In this document: positions 17,744 through 25,644 of the stretch, one piece after another | How positions within the stretch are numbered: position 1 is the stretch's first letter | How the letters are laid out: every line of letters starts with the position of its first letter | Assembly: GCA_964465105.1 (NCBI GenBank) | Contig: CAYXHS010000001.1 | Span: forward strand, 4,850 to 39,168 | From: an uncultured Nitrososphaeria archaeon | GTDB lineage: Archaea > Thermoproteota > Nitrososphaeria_A > Caldarchaeales > Wolframiiraptoraceae | Direction of reading: 5' to 3' | Length of the DNA stretch: 34,319 nucleotides | The notes under the pieces: generated by a model | Databases searched by the model: none | What the model saw: the letters and a program-made list of their open reading frames with translations, nothing else | Told to the model about the DNA's origin: nothing | Program-made: the position numbers and the translations under genes

Positions 17744-19258
17744 ATGAATCCGCTTCTACCAGTCTTGGTTCTCTTGGGCGCCGCCGTGATAATAGTCTTA
17801 GTTGATCCTCTGATGAGGAAGGCGGGAGCAAGGGAAGGCGGAGGAGCCATCGCCAGCATAGCCTTCTTCCTCAGCCTGATACTCCTAGCCGCTCAAGCCT
17901 CAGCAGGCCATCAAGTCTCAATCTATACGATCTTCGGGCCAGAGTCTCCTCTAACCGCGTCCATGAAGCTCGACCTCCTAAGCCTTTACCTCTCGATGAT
18001 ATTCTGCGGAGTCGGGCTGGCGGCGGCGATCTACTCGATCAGATACATGATCTTGGAGAGGGAGACAGGTTTAGACAGATATTATCCGCTTCTGCTGACC
18101 CTGATCGCTGGAATGGTCGGGGTGACTGTGGCGAACGACTTCTTCACCCTATACGTTTTCTGGGAGCTCATGGCCATCTCCTCATACTCCCTCGTATCCT
18201 TCAGGAAGTGGTCTTGGGAGGCTGTGGAAGCCGGCTTCAAATATCTAGTCATGAGCACCCTAGGATCTCTTTCAGCTCTCTTCGGGATAGCGCTGCTCTA
18301 CGGCTTAACGGGATCTCTCAGGTTCGACATGATCCGAGCAAGCGTCTTCTCGGGCGGGAATCCCGCGGCCACCCTATCCCTTGCGATGATAATCATAGGC
18401 TTCGGAGTAACCGCCGCCGTAGTCCCCTTCCACTCCTGGCTTCCAGACGCTCACCCCGCAGCCCCAACCCCGATCAGCGCGGTCCTCTCAGGAGTCGTCA
18501 TAAAGACTGGGGTCTACGCCATGCTGTGGAGCCTATTCAAGGTCTTCACTCCGCTCCACTACGGCTTCGGAGCGATCCTAATGGGCTTAGGAGCCCTCAC
18601 CATGACCTTCGCCAACGTGGTCGCCGTCATGCAAAGCGATGTCAAGAGGTTCCTAGCCTACTCAAGCATAGCGAACATAGGCTACATAGTGACTGGAATG
18701 GGGCTCGCAGCATATGTGCTGAACAGGTATCCGGATCAGCTGAGCGTGGCGGCGTTGGCGCTCACGGGCGCTCTCTTCCATGTGTTGAATCATGCTCTGG
18801 GCAAGGGTCTCTCCTTCCTCTCGGTCGGTTGCTATATCGTGAGAGCAGAGTCTAGGGAGATAAGTGAACTCGAGGGGATAGGGGCGAAGATGCCTATAAC
18901 AACCGCCTCCTTGGGGATAGGGCTGCTAAACCTCGCTGGAGTTCCTCCTCTGAGCGGCTTCTGGAGCAAGCTCTTCATAATCTCGGCTGGCCTCGGCATA
19001 CCATCAGACGCTCTAATGCTCACGATAACCCTGATATTCATTCTGAACAGCGTTCTCGCCGCAGGATATTATCTATGGTTCCTCCAGAGAATAGCTTTCA
19101 GAAAAGGCTCAGGTGAAAAGCATTCGCGGATCAAGGAGGCTCCACCGCTCATGCTCGCCCCGCTGATCGCCCTCGCCTCCGCATGCATCCTCATCACGAT
19201 CATGTTAGCCCCAGTTCTTCAGTTCATCCAATCCGCCTTGGAGGTGGTTATCGGATGA
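17744..19258 (+). CDS. Mrp-antiporter-like subunit (NuoN / HyfB / MbhH-like)
   Basis: 504 aa, about 14 TM helices. FWELMAISSYSLV (TM5 Glu) and SWLPDAHPAAPTPISAVLSGVVIKTGVYA, typical of the proton-translocating NuoL/M/N family. Confidence 0.88.
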   Translation: MNPLLPVLVLLGAAVIIVLVDPLMRKAGAREGGGAIASIAFFLSLILLAAQASAGHQVSIYTIFGPESPLTASMKLDLLSLYLSMIFCGVGLAAAIYSIRYMILERETGLDRYYPLLLTLIAGMVGVTVANDFFTLYVFWELMAISSYSLVSFRKWSWEAVEAGFKYLVMSTLGSLSALFGIALLYGLTGSLRFDMIRASVFSGGNPAATLSLAMIIIGFGVTAAVVPFHSWLPDAHPAAPTPISAVLSGVVIKTGVYAMLWSLFKVFTPLHYGFGAILMGLGALTMTFANVVAVMQSDVKRFLAYSSIANIGYIVTGMGLAAYVLNRYPDQLSVAALALTGALFHVLNHALGKGLSFLSVGCYIVRAESREISELEGIGAKMPITTASLGIGLLNLAGVPPLSGFWSKLFIISAGLGIPSDALMLTITLIFILNSVLAAGYYLWFLQRIAFRKGSGEKHSRIKEAPPLMLAPLIALASACILITIMLAPVLQFIQSALEVVIG

Positions 19259-21264
19259 CCCTGGAGCCTTGGGCGATCTATGCTTGGGCCAGCTGGCTGA
19301 TCCCCCTAATAGGAGCCCTGCTTACGCCGCTTCTGGCAAGGCTCGGGGAGAAGATCAGAGACTATGGGGCTGTCGCATTCTCCTTCCTGGGAATGCTCAT
19401 GGCGCTCAACCTGCTGCCCCTGCTCTTCGAGGAGGTCAGGTGGCCTCTCACGAGCCAGGTCTCATGGCTTCTCATACCAGGCGCCCCGATCCTAAGCGAG
19501 GTGAAGGCTGGAATCCTCCTAGATCCCCTCAGCATAATAATGGCAAGCATCGTCGCGGTCGTGAGCTTCCTGATAATGGTCTACTCGATAGGCTATATGC
19601 GCGGAGACCCTGGGCTTACAAGATACTGGTTCTTCATGAACTTCTTCATAGCCAACATGCTCCTCCTAGTCTTATCGGATAACCTAATCCTGATGCTCGT
19701 CGGATGGGAGGGAGTCGGCCTCTGCAGCTACGCTCTCATCGGATACTGGTATCAAGACTCGAGGGAAGGGTGGCTGCACTACTGGGTGGGAGAGCCTCCA
19801 GAGGCATATCCTCCATCCCACTGCGGGATGAAGGCATTCCTGGTAACGAGGTTCGGAGACCTCCTCATGATCGCTGGAATACTGATCGTCGCAAGCCTGA
19901 CCAAAACCGTAAGCTTCGCGGATTTGATGAGCGTCGGAGCCTCAGCTCCAGCAAACCTCAGCTGGCTTCTACCGATCGCGCTTATCCTGATCCTAGCAGG
20001 GGCAGTAGGAAAGTCTGCCCAGCTCCCGCTGATGGAATGGCTTCCAGATGCTATGGCAGGCCCCTCCTCGGTTAGCGCCCTGATCCATGCTGCCACCATG
20101 GTTAAGGCTGGAGTCTACCTGGTCGCTAGGATCTTCCCGATCGCGCTCAGCTGGAGCGCGGTCATCCCATCGACGCTGAGCTTCTTCTACGTTGTAATGT
20201 GGATCGGGGCCTTGACGGCGTTCATAGCCGCGAGCCAGGCGGTCGCCTCAACCGAGCTTAAGAAGGTTCTCGCGTACTCGACGGTGAGCCAGATAGGCTA
20301 CATGATGATGGCTCTCGGAGCAGCGGGGCTGACCGCGAACATAATCGAGGGATATGTCGGATCCCTATTCCACCTCCTAAACCACGCGGTCTTCAAGGCA
20401 GCTCTCTTCCTGGCAGCCGGATCGATAATCCACGCATGCGGGTCGAGATTCCTGAGGGATATGGGCGGGCTGAGAAGATACATGCCCATAACGTTTTACA
20501 GCATGCTCTTCGCCGCTCTCGCCCTCATGGGTCTGCCGCCCTTCGGGGGATTCTGGAGCAAGGATCTGGTCCTCTCAGCGGCCCTTTCCTCAGGAGAGTA
20601 TCTCGCCTTCACCCTAGGTCTCATAACAGCGATCCTAACCGCATTCTACAGCATAAGGATCATCGGCCTGGTATTCTATGGATCATCTCAAGCCGAGGAG
20701 AAACATGAAGCGCACGAAGCTCCGAAAGTCATGTGGGCGCCCTACCTCATCCTAGCCCTCCTCAGCCTCCTCATAGGTCTAGCTGCGCCAGCTCTAGAAC
20801 ATAACCTCAAAGAACTCTTTGCAGGCTACCTTCTCTCCCACAAGCTTCCAGCCCATGAAGCCGCTGGCCTTCAGCTGCTAGTTCCCATAGCCTCAATCAT
20901 AGCTCTGGCAGCCGGAGCCTTTCCAGCATACCTGCTCTACGTCAGGAGAACTAGAAATCCGGAGGAGATCGTCTCGAGACATGATTACCTCAAGTCTTTG
21001 AGAAACCTTCTCCTGAGGAGATACTACATCAACGCATTCTACTACAAGGCTTTAGCTTATCCCTCCATAAAGCTTGGGCAGCTTCTCTTCAGCGGATTCG
21101 AGGTCAAGATCATAGATGGGCTCAACTACGCTTTATCGCTTGGAGCTCGAAAGCTTTCAAGCTGGGTGAGGAGAATCCATACCGGGATTCTAAACCATTA
21201 CGTAATCGGGATAATCTTGGGAGCCTTGATCTTGATAATCTTGTTCTTGGCGGGAGGCGTGTAG
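19255..21264 (+). CDS. nuoL: NuoL-like antiporter subunit with long C-terminal (lateral helix) extension
   Basis: The ORF track starts at 19183. ATG at 19255 forms an ATGA overlap with the previous stop and is preceded by GGAGGTGG. 669 aa. VGWEGVGLCSYALIGYWY and LMEWLPDAMAGPSSVSALIHAATMVKAGVY. The C-terminal approx 130 aa (YYINAFYY...IIDGLNY...final TM) looks like the NuoL HL helix plus TM16. Confidence 0.9.
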   Translation: MTLEPWAIYAWASWLIPLIGALLTPLLARLGEKIRDYGAVAFSFLGMLMALNLLPLLFEEVRWPLTSQVSWLLIPGAPILSEVKAGILLDPLSIIMASIVAVVSFLIMVYSIGYMRGDPGLTRYWFFMNFFIANMLLLVLSDNLILMLVGWEGVGLCSYALIGYWYQDSREGWLHYWVGEPPEAYPPSHCGMKAFLVTRFGDLLMIAGILIVASLTKTVSFADLMSVGASAPANLSWLLPIALILILAGAVGKSAQLPLMEWLPDAMAGPSSVSALIHAATMVKAGVYLVARIFPIALSWSAVIPSTLSFFYVVMWIGALTAFIAASQAVASTELKKVLAYSTVSQIGYMMMALGAAGLTANIIEGYVGSLFHLLNHAVFKAALFLAAGSIIHACGSRFLRDMGGLRRYMPITFYSMLFAALALMGLPPFGGFWSKDLVLSAALSSGEYLAFTLGLITAILTAFYSIRIIGLVFYGSSQAEEKHEAHEAPKVMWAPYLILALLSLLIGLAAPALEHNLKELFAGYLLSHKLPAHEAAGLQLLVPIASIIALAAGAFPAYLLYVRRTRNPEEIVSRHDYLKSLRNLLLRRYYINAFYYKALAYPSIKLGQLLFSGFEVKIIDGLNYALSLGARKLSSWVRRIHTGILNHYVIGIILGALILIILFLAGGV

Positions 21265-21266
21265 AA

Positions 21267-22739
21267 ATGATGGACGTAAATCATCTTCTCATGCAATCCG
21301 TGGTCGCCCCGATCATAGCTTCGCCGATAGTCCTGCTTCTCGGAAAGAGGCTTAAACGAGATGTGGGCTGGATAACCTTAGCTCCGCTAGCATACTCGCT
21401 AATCTGCTTAGCTGCCTCAAGCTACGCCATATATAGGATCGGAGATCCTCTCACAGCATCTTACCTATGGGCTCAGCCCCTCGGGGCCCTGATCCTGCTT
21501 CTGGATGGACTAAGCGCTCCAGTAGCCCTCACGATAGCTGTTCTCGGGCTTCTCACCTGCATATATTCGGTCTCCTACATGGAGGCTGAAGAAAAGCATG
21601 GAGGATACTTCGCCCTCTATCTCCTCTTCACCTCTGGGATGCTTGGGACCGTGCTCTCGGTGAACCTCGCAGCCTTCTTCATCTTCTTCGAGTTTATGCT
21701 GATAACCTCATGGCTTCTGATAGCGTTCTGGGGGGAGGAGAGGAGGGAGCAGGCTGCCCTCAAATACTTCATCTACACCGAGGCCGGAGCGCTTCTACTT
21801 CTCGCTGGGATAGGCGTCGCCTATGCGGCAACTGGAACCCTTAACTTGCTGGAGATCAAGGTGAGGGCCGCTGGCCTAAGCTCAAGTCTCATAAGTCTCA
21901 TGGTCTCGTTGATGTTCATAGGGTTCTTGGTGAAGATGGCGATATTCCCGCTCCACTCCTGGCTTCCAGACGCATACACTCAGTCGCCGACCCCGATAAC
22001 CGCGATATTCTCGGCCATGACGGGCATAGGGGGCTATGCGGCGATCAGGATACTCTATACGGGCTTTCCGTCGATGCTCCGATCATGGGGCTTCATGATG
22101 ACCTTGGCTATCCTAGCTCTCGTAACGATACTATATGGAGGCTACATGGCTCTCGCTCAAGACAGGCTGAAAACGCTTCTAGCATACTCCAGCATAAGCC
22201 AGATGGGATACCTCCTATTCGGAATAGCATCTCAGTCGATCGTGGGGCTTCTCGGAGCCATCTTGATCTACGTAGCCCATGGATTCGCGAAGGCCATACT
22301 CTTCATGGCCTCGGGCCTCCTCTCCAGATCCGCTGGATCAGATAGGATTAGGGATCTCAGCGGCTTAGCAAGCAAGATGCGGCTGATGAGCATAGCTTTC
22401 ATGATAGGGTTCCTGAGCTTGATGGGCTTTCCGCCTCTTCTAGGATTCTGGGGAGAGCTGCTGATCTTCGCAGGCTCCATCTACTCAGCTCTTTCAAGCT
22501 CCCTCGACGCGGTTAGGTTAACGATAACCCTGATCGCGATAATCGCTGCGATAATAACCGCAGGCTATGGCCTCTGGACCATACGAAGGATCCTATTCGG
22601 AGAGCAGTCAGACCTGGTCAAGAGATCTAAGCCTGAGCCCCTCCTCCTACTGGCTCCCATGTTCGCCTCGGCTCTGCTCCTTATAGTCTTCGGAATTCAG
22701 CCGACGATCCTCACCAAGCTCGCCGAAGCCTTAGCTTAA
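21267..22739 (+). CDS. nuoM: NuoM-like antiporter subunit
   Basis: 490 aa. FFIFFEFMLITSWLLIAFWG (NuoM-type TM5 Glu) and HSWLPDAYTQSPTPITAIFSAM. Confidence 0.88.
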   Translation: MMDVNHLLMQSVVAPIIASPIVLLLGKRLKRDVGWITLAPLAYSLICLAASSYAIYRIGDPLTASYLWAQPLGALILLLDGLSAPVALTIAVLGLLTCIYSVSYMEAEEKHGGYFALYLLFTSGMLGTVLSVNLAAFFIFFEFMLITSWLLIAFWGEERREQAALKYFIYTEAGALLLLAGIGVAYAATGTLNLLEIKVRAAGLSSSLISLMVSLMFIGFLVKMAIFPLHSWLPDAYTQSPTPITAIFSAMTGIGGYAAIRILYTGFPSMLRSWGFMMTLAILALVTILYGGYMALAQDRLKTLLAYSSISQMGYLLFGIASQSIVGLLGAILIYVAHGFAKAILFMASGLLSRSAGSDRIRDLSGLASKMRLMSIAFMIGFLSLMGFPPLLGFWGELLIFAGSIYSALSSSLDAVRLTITLIAIIAAIITAGYGLWTIRRILFGEQSDLVKRSKPEPLLLLAPMFASALLLIVFGIQPTILTKLAEALA

Positions 22740-22966
22740 GCTCCTTCCCTGCTCAGCCTCAAGACTTCTTCAAATTCTTTTAGGATTTCTAGGGCGCTCT
22801 TCTCATCCAAGACCTTTATGGCGTATCCCGCGTGGACTAGAACGTAATCTCCGACGTTGGCGTCAACCATCGCAAGCATGACCTCTCTCCTAACCCCGTT
22901 TCCGAAATCCACTACCCCTATGTCGCCCTTGACTTCAACGACCTTTCCTGGAACGGCGTAGCACAT
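22736..22966 (-). CDS. hypC: hydrogenase assembly chaperone HypC/HupF
   Basis: The ORF track starts at 23005. The family requires N-terminal Met-Cys, and the internal MCYAVPGKVVEV (start 22966) gives a canonical 76-aa HypC with the DYVLVHAGYAI core. Confidence 0.9.
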   Translation of the reverse strand: MCYAVPGKVVEVKGDIGVVDFGNGVRREVMLAMVDANVGDYVLVHAGYAIKVLDEKSALEILKEFEEVLRLSREGA

Positions 22967-23008
22967 TCCGCTAATCGGAGATTCGAGCCCCCGCCTAATA
23001 AACAAATC

Positions 23009-23416
23009 TCAGTAAGCTGGCAGGATGAGACAGGTCACCTGCTTCAGCCTCCCAACCCTCCTCAACTTCATCAGAAGCTCCTTAACCTTCAGCGACTTAC
23101 CCCTCACGGCGATTATCAAGAGGCAGTCTTTCTCGGATAGGTGGAGGTGAAGAGTTGATGGTATCAGGTCGAGAAATTCATGTTGGACGTCGGTGAGCTT
23201 CTCGTCCAAGCCATGCTCCTCATGCGAGTAATGAACTAAGATCGCTCCAGCGACATCCTCCTCTGAAAGCCTCCAGGAGTTCAAGGAGATGAAAGCCCTT
23301 ATGGCCTCCTGAATCGCTTGAGACCGCGATCTTATCCCAAGCTCCTCGATTATCCTATCGAAAGCCCTCAGGAGCTCCTCTGGAAACGATACGCCCGTCC
23401 TAACAATCTTACTCAT
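23009..23416 (-). CDS. nikR: nickel-responsive transcriptional regulator NikR
   Basis: Start taken at MSKIVRTGVSFPEELL (23416; the ORF track extends to 23509). Ribbon-helix-helix N-domain. The C-domain aligns with Pyrococcus NikR as recalled, with Ni ligands conserved (QHEF, LHLHL, DC). A TATA-like GATATAAGC lies 24-32 nt upstream. Confidence 0.9.
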   Translation of the reverse strand: MSKIVRTGVSFPEELLRAFDRIIEELGIRSRSQAIQEAIRAFISLNSWRLSEEDVAGAILVHYSHEEHGLDEKLTDVQHEFLDLIPSTLHLHLSEKDCLLIIAVRGKSLKVKELLMKLRRVGRLKQVTCLILPAY

Positions 23417-23439
23417 GATCCGAAAATAAGTGAAGCGAG

Positions 23440-23448
23440 GCTTATATC
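23440..23448 (-). promoter_or_regulatory. TATA-like GATATAAGC upstream of nikR
   Basis: Located 24-32 nt upstream of the nikR ATG. The identical 9-mer occurs at the same distance upstream of the ABC binding-protein gene. Confidence 0.45.
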
Positions 23449-23497
23449 TCCTTTTTGGAGCCGCGCCGTAGGACCCATCCTTCTCTCTTCGAAGTCG

Positions 23498-23530
23498 GTG
23501 AGATCTCAATACTATTTCTTGTGAGATCTC
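23498..23530. repeat. two copies of GTGAGATCTC (palindromic core GAGATCTC) 23 bp apart
   Basis: Exact 10-mers at 23498-23507 and 23521-23530, flanking the stop of the small ORF, 82-114 nt upstream of the nikR ATG. Confidence 0.5.
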
Positions 23531-23784
23531 TTTTGAGCGATCCAGACGATAGCCTCCTTCTTCACGTGCTCGATAAATTCTTGATCCTTCTCCAGCTCGA
23601 GGAACTCTTGCTTATCTGCTCCCTCGGGGATCGGGATCTGTATGGTGATATATGGGTTCACCGTCTTCTCGATCTTCGATTTAAGCTCCTCATACTTCTT
23701 GCGAACCTCTTCGCTCAAGCCTTCAACAGGAATAGGATGTAAAAGCTTGCTAATAAGAGTTGTATCGACACCAAGGGAAGACAC
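23512..23784 (-). CDS. small acidic/basic hypothetical protein (69-90 aa)
   Basis: Open frame between the permease and nikR on the same strand. Its 5' 70 nt overlap the permease 3' end; an alternative TTG start at 23721 reduces the overlap to 7 nt. I recognise no motif. Confidence 0.45.
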   Translation of the reverse strand: MSSLGVDTTLISKLLHPIPVEGLSEEVRKKYEELKSKIEKTVNPYITIQIPIPEGADKQEFLELEKDQEFIEHVKKEAIVWIAQKRSHKK

Positions 23785-24995
23785 TTCCTAAACCATTCTC
23801 CCCAGCTTATCGGCTTCCCCTCCCTTCTCAGGATCCCGACAGCGATTATGCATGAGGGGGCGCCGATGGGGGTGAGGCTTCCGCCTAGGTTTGCTCCGAA
23901 GACCATGCTCCAGCCTAAGATCTTGAGAGGGATGTGGGCGAACTGGGAGACGTATCTCATTATCGGTATTAGGATCATGGTTATCGGTATATTGTCTATT
24001 ATCGATGAGGCTGCGGCGCAAACCCACATGTTAACCGCGGGGAAGACTATGGGCTCGATCCCAGAGATCCATGAGATCCCGTTGGCGAGAAGCTCCAGGA
24101 CCCCGCTCTTCTCAAGACCTCCCACGATCACGTAAAATGACGTGAGGAAGAATATGGTCCCCCAATCTATGCTCGAGAATACCGACTCAGGCTCCTTGCT
24201 TCCCAGAGCGAGCACGGCGACCGCGCAGCCTAAAGCTATCAGCCCTAAAGGAGCCCCTATGAAGTCTCTGAAGACGAATAGCACTATGGCCGAGACGAAG
24301 ATTATCATCGCCCTGTAAAAGGTGCTCTTATCCTCTATCACGGTCCATGGATTCGCCTCTATCTCCCTAAGGCTCATCGGCTGTCTCCCTAAAGCTATTG
24401 CGATGTATAGGGCTGAGGCAAGGGTGATAAGAAGGGCGAGCGGGAGGCTCACCTCCACGAACTCTAGGAATTCCAAGTTGAGGTGCGAGGCCACGATCAG
24501 GTTCGGTATGGAGCTTATCATGAGCATCAAGCCGCCGACGTTCGTCATTATGGCCTCATAGATTATGGTCCTCGAGGGATCCGCCTTAAACCGCCGCGCC
24601 AGAGAGATCGTGAGGGCGCCCATGATGACCATGGCCGTTATGGTCGTAACGAAAGCGGTTATGAAGACCGTCAAGATTATCAGGATGATCGAGACCCTCC
24701 GAAAGCTGCTTCCAACGAGCTTCGCCAAGCCGAGCCCTATGAACTCAAAGAACCCCGTCCTCGCGACCGCCTCCGCAAGTATCATGACTCCTATAGCGAG
24801 CAAGATCGTGTTGACATCTATCAAGCTTACGAGCTCATCCAGTATAGAGGGAAGGTGGAAGAGCCCATACTCGATGCCAAAAAGTATCGTTAGGAGAGCT
24901 CCTATGAGGGCGGCGACGCTTCTATGATACCTCTCGGTGACGAGAAGGACTAGAATGAGCGCGAAAATGAGGATGAAAATGCTCGTGACGGTCAC
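23715..24995 (-). CDS. ArsB/NhaD-superfamily (citrate-transporter-like) permease
   Basis: 426 aa, highly hydrophobic, more than 10 TM helices. N-terminus and internal repeat layout are typical of ArsB/NhaD/YbiR-type anion or metalloid permeases. ATGA overlap with the upstream ORF. Confidence 0.7.
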   Translation of the reverse strand: MTVTSIFILIFALILVLLVTERYHRSVAALIGALLTILFGIEYGLFHLPSILDELVSLIDVNTILLAIGVMILAEAVARTGFFEFIGLGLAKLVGSSFRRVSIILIILTVFITAFVTTITAMVIMGALTISLARRFKADPSRTIIYEAIMTNVGGLMLMISSIPNLIVASHLNLEFLEFVEVSLPLALLITLASALYIAIALGRQPMSLREIEANPWTVIEDKSTFYRAMIIFVSAIVLFVFRDFIGAPLGLIALGCAVAVLALGSKEPESVFSSIDWGTIFFLTSFYVIVGGLEKSGVLELLANGISWISGIEPIVFPAVNMWVCAAASSIIDNIPITMILIPIMRYVSQFAHIPLKILGWSMVFGANLGGSLTPIGAPSCIIAVGILRREGKPISWGEWFRKCLPLVSIQLLLASFYILFLLKA

Positions 24996-25564
24996 TTTCC
25001 ATCCACCTCATCTTCAGAATTCTTTCTGGAGAACCTTTCAGTCAGATTTCTCACAAGCCTCTCGACCCTACTTCTCGTCAGATAGTAGGCTTGACCTGCC
25101 AGGTGATACAGTATCAGCAGACCTATAGCGAGTATCCCTATCTGGATCGCCGTTGCAAGGGGCTCTCCTATCGTTTGAACTCCTCTCGCTAAGGGGATTA
25201 AGAGCTCGTGAAGCAGGATGAGAGCTATTATCACCGCGGCGTCGTAGGCTATGAGCCTGACTCTGCTCTTCTCCTCTCCAACCAGCCACGCCGAAACGAT
25301 CTTGCTCGCTAGATTCAGAAAAAACCTCACATCAATTAGGATGAAGTATCCGAAATAGATTAGGAGAAGCAGGGAGATGAAGGTGAAGATGAGCTCGCTA
25401 TCTGCCACCAGCGTCCCGACCTTCACTCGGAGGAATGGCTGGAGATAGGGCTCGATGGATCTGCATAGGAATAGCGCGAAGTAGAGTATGAGTATGTTCT
25501 TAAGCAATCGAAGGGCCCTTCTTCCCGCGTCCTCAGAACTTCCACTCATTCCACTCTTCCCCAA
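24992..25564 (-). CDS. hypothetical membrane protein (about 4 TM)
   Basis: 190-aa ORF, translationally coupled to the permease. Hydrophobic segments and a charged C-terminus. No recognisable motif. Confidence 0.6.
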   Translation of the reverse strand: MGKSGMSGSSEDAGRRALRLLKNILILYFALFLCRSIEPYLQPFLRVKVGTLVADSELIFTFISLLLLIYFGYFILIDVRFFLNLASKIVSAWLVGEEKSRVRLIAYDAAVIIALILLHELLIPLARGVQTIGEPLATAIQIGILAIGLLILYHLAGQAYYLTRSRVERLVRNLTERFSRKNSEDEVDGK

Positions 25565-25644
25565 TAGCCCTAGCTCCGCTAAGAGCTCGGCAGCACTAGC
25601 TTAACTTCCTCATAAGACTTAATAAATCTTCGAGCATGGCGAGG

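Noticed and set aside
18208-18855. 215-aa ORF in an alternative + frame inside the NuoN-like gene. Similar cases: 19269-19682, 19704-20075, 20436-20708, 22085-22345.
   Set aside because: All are embedded out of frame in strongly supported antiporter-like genes. Their products are Arg/Pro/Ser-rich with no hydrophobic pattern or start context.
19183-19254. His-rich N-terminal extension (MHPHHDH...) of the NuoL-like ORF, which looked like a possible metal-binding tag.
   Set aside because: It overlaps the last 76 nt of the preceding gene in another frame. ATG 19255 forms an ATGA stop-start overlap and has a GGAGGTGG Shine-Dalgarno, so the extension is very likely not translated.
13170-22739. Straightforward annotation as respiratory NADH:quinone oxidoreductase (nuoABCDHIJKLMN).
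   Set aside because: The D- and B-position subunits carry hydrogenase Ni-Fe and CxxC motifs and a protease-cleavable tail. There is no NuoEFG. Maturation genes flank the operon. The Nuo family names are kept for the membrane subunits only.
22967-23005. 13-codon extension upstream of hypC. Also the 31-codon extension of nikR (23417-23509).
   Set aside because: HypC must begin Met-Cys. NikR homologues begin at the ribbon-helix-helix strand, and a TATA-like element lies inside the extension.
24322-24927. Three + strand ORFs (79-136 aa) inside the ArsB/NhaD permease gene. Similar antisense ORFs lie inside the ABC genes (26580-27551) and inside the LOR/SDH gene (33040-33705).
   Set aside because: They are antisense to well-supported genes, with no motifs. 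Such ORFs are expected by chance at this GC content.
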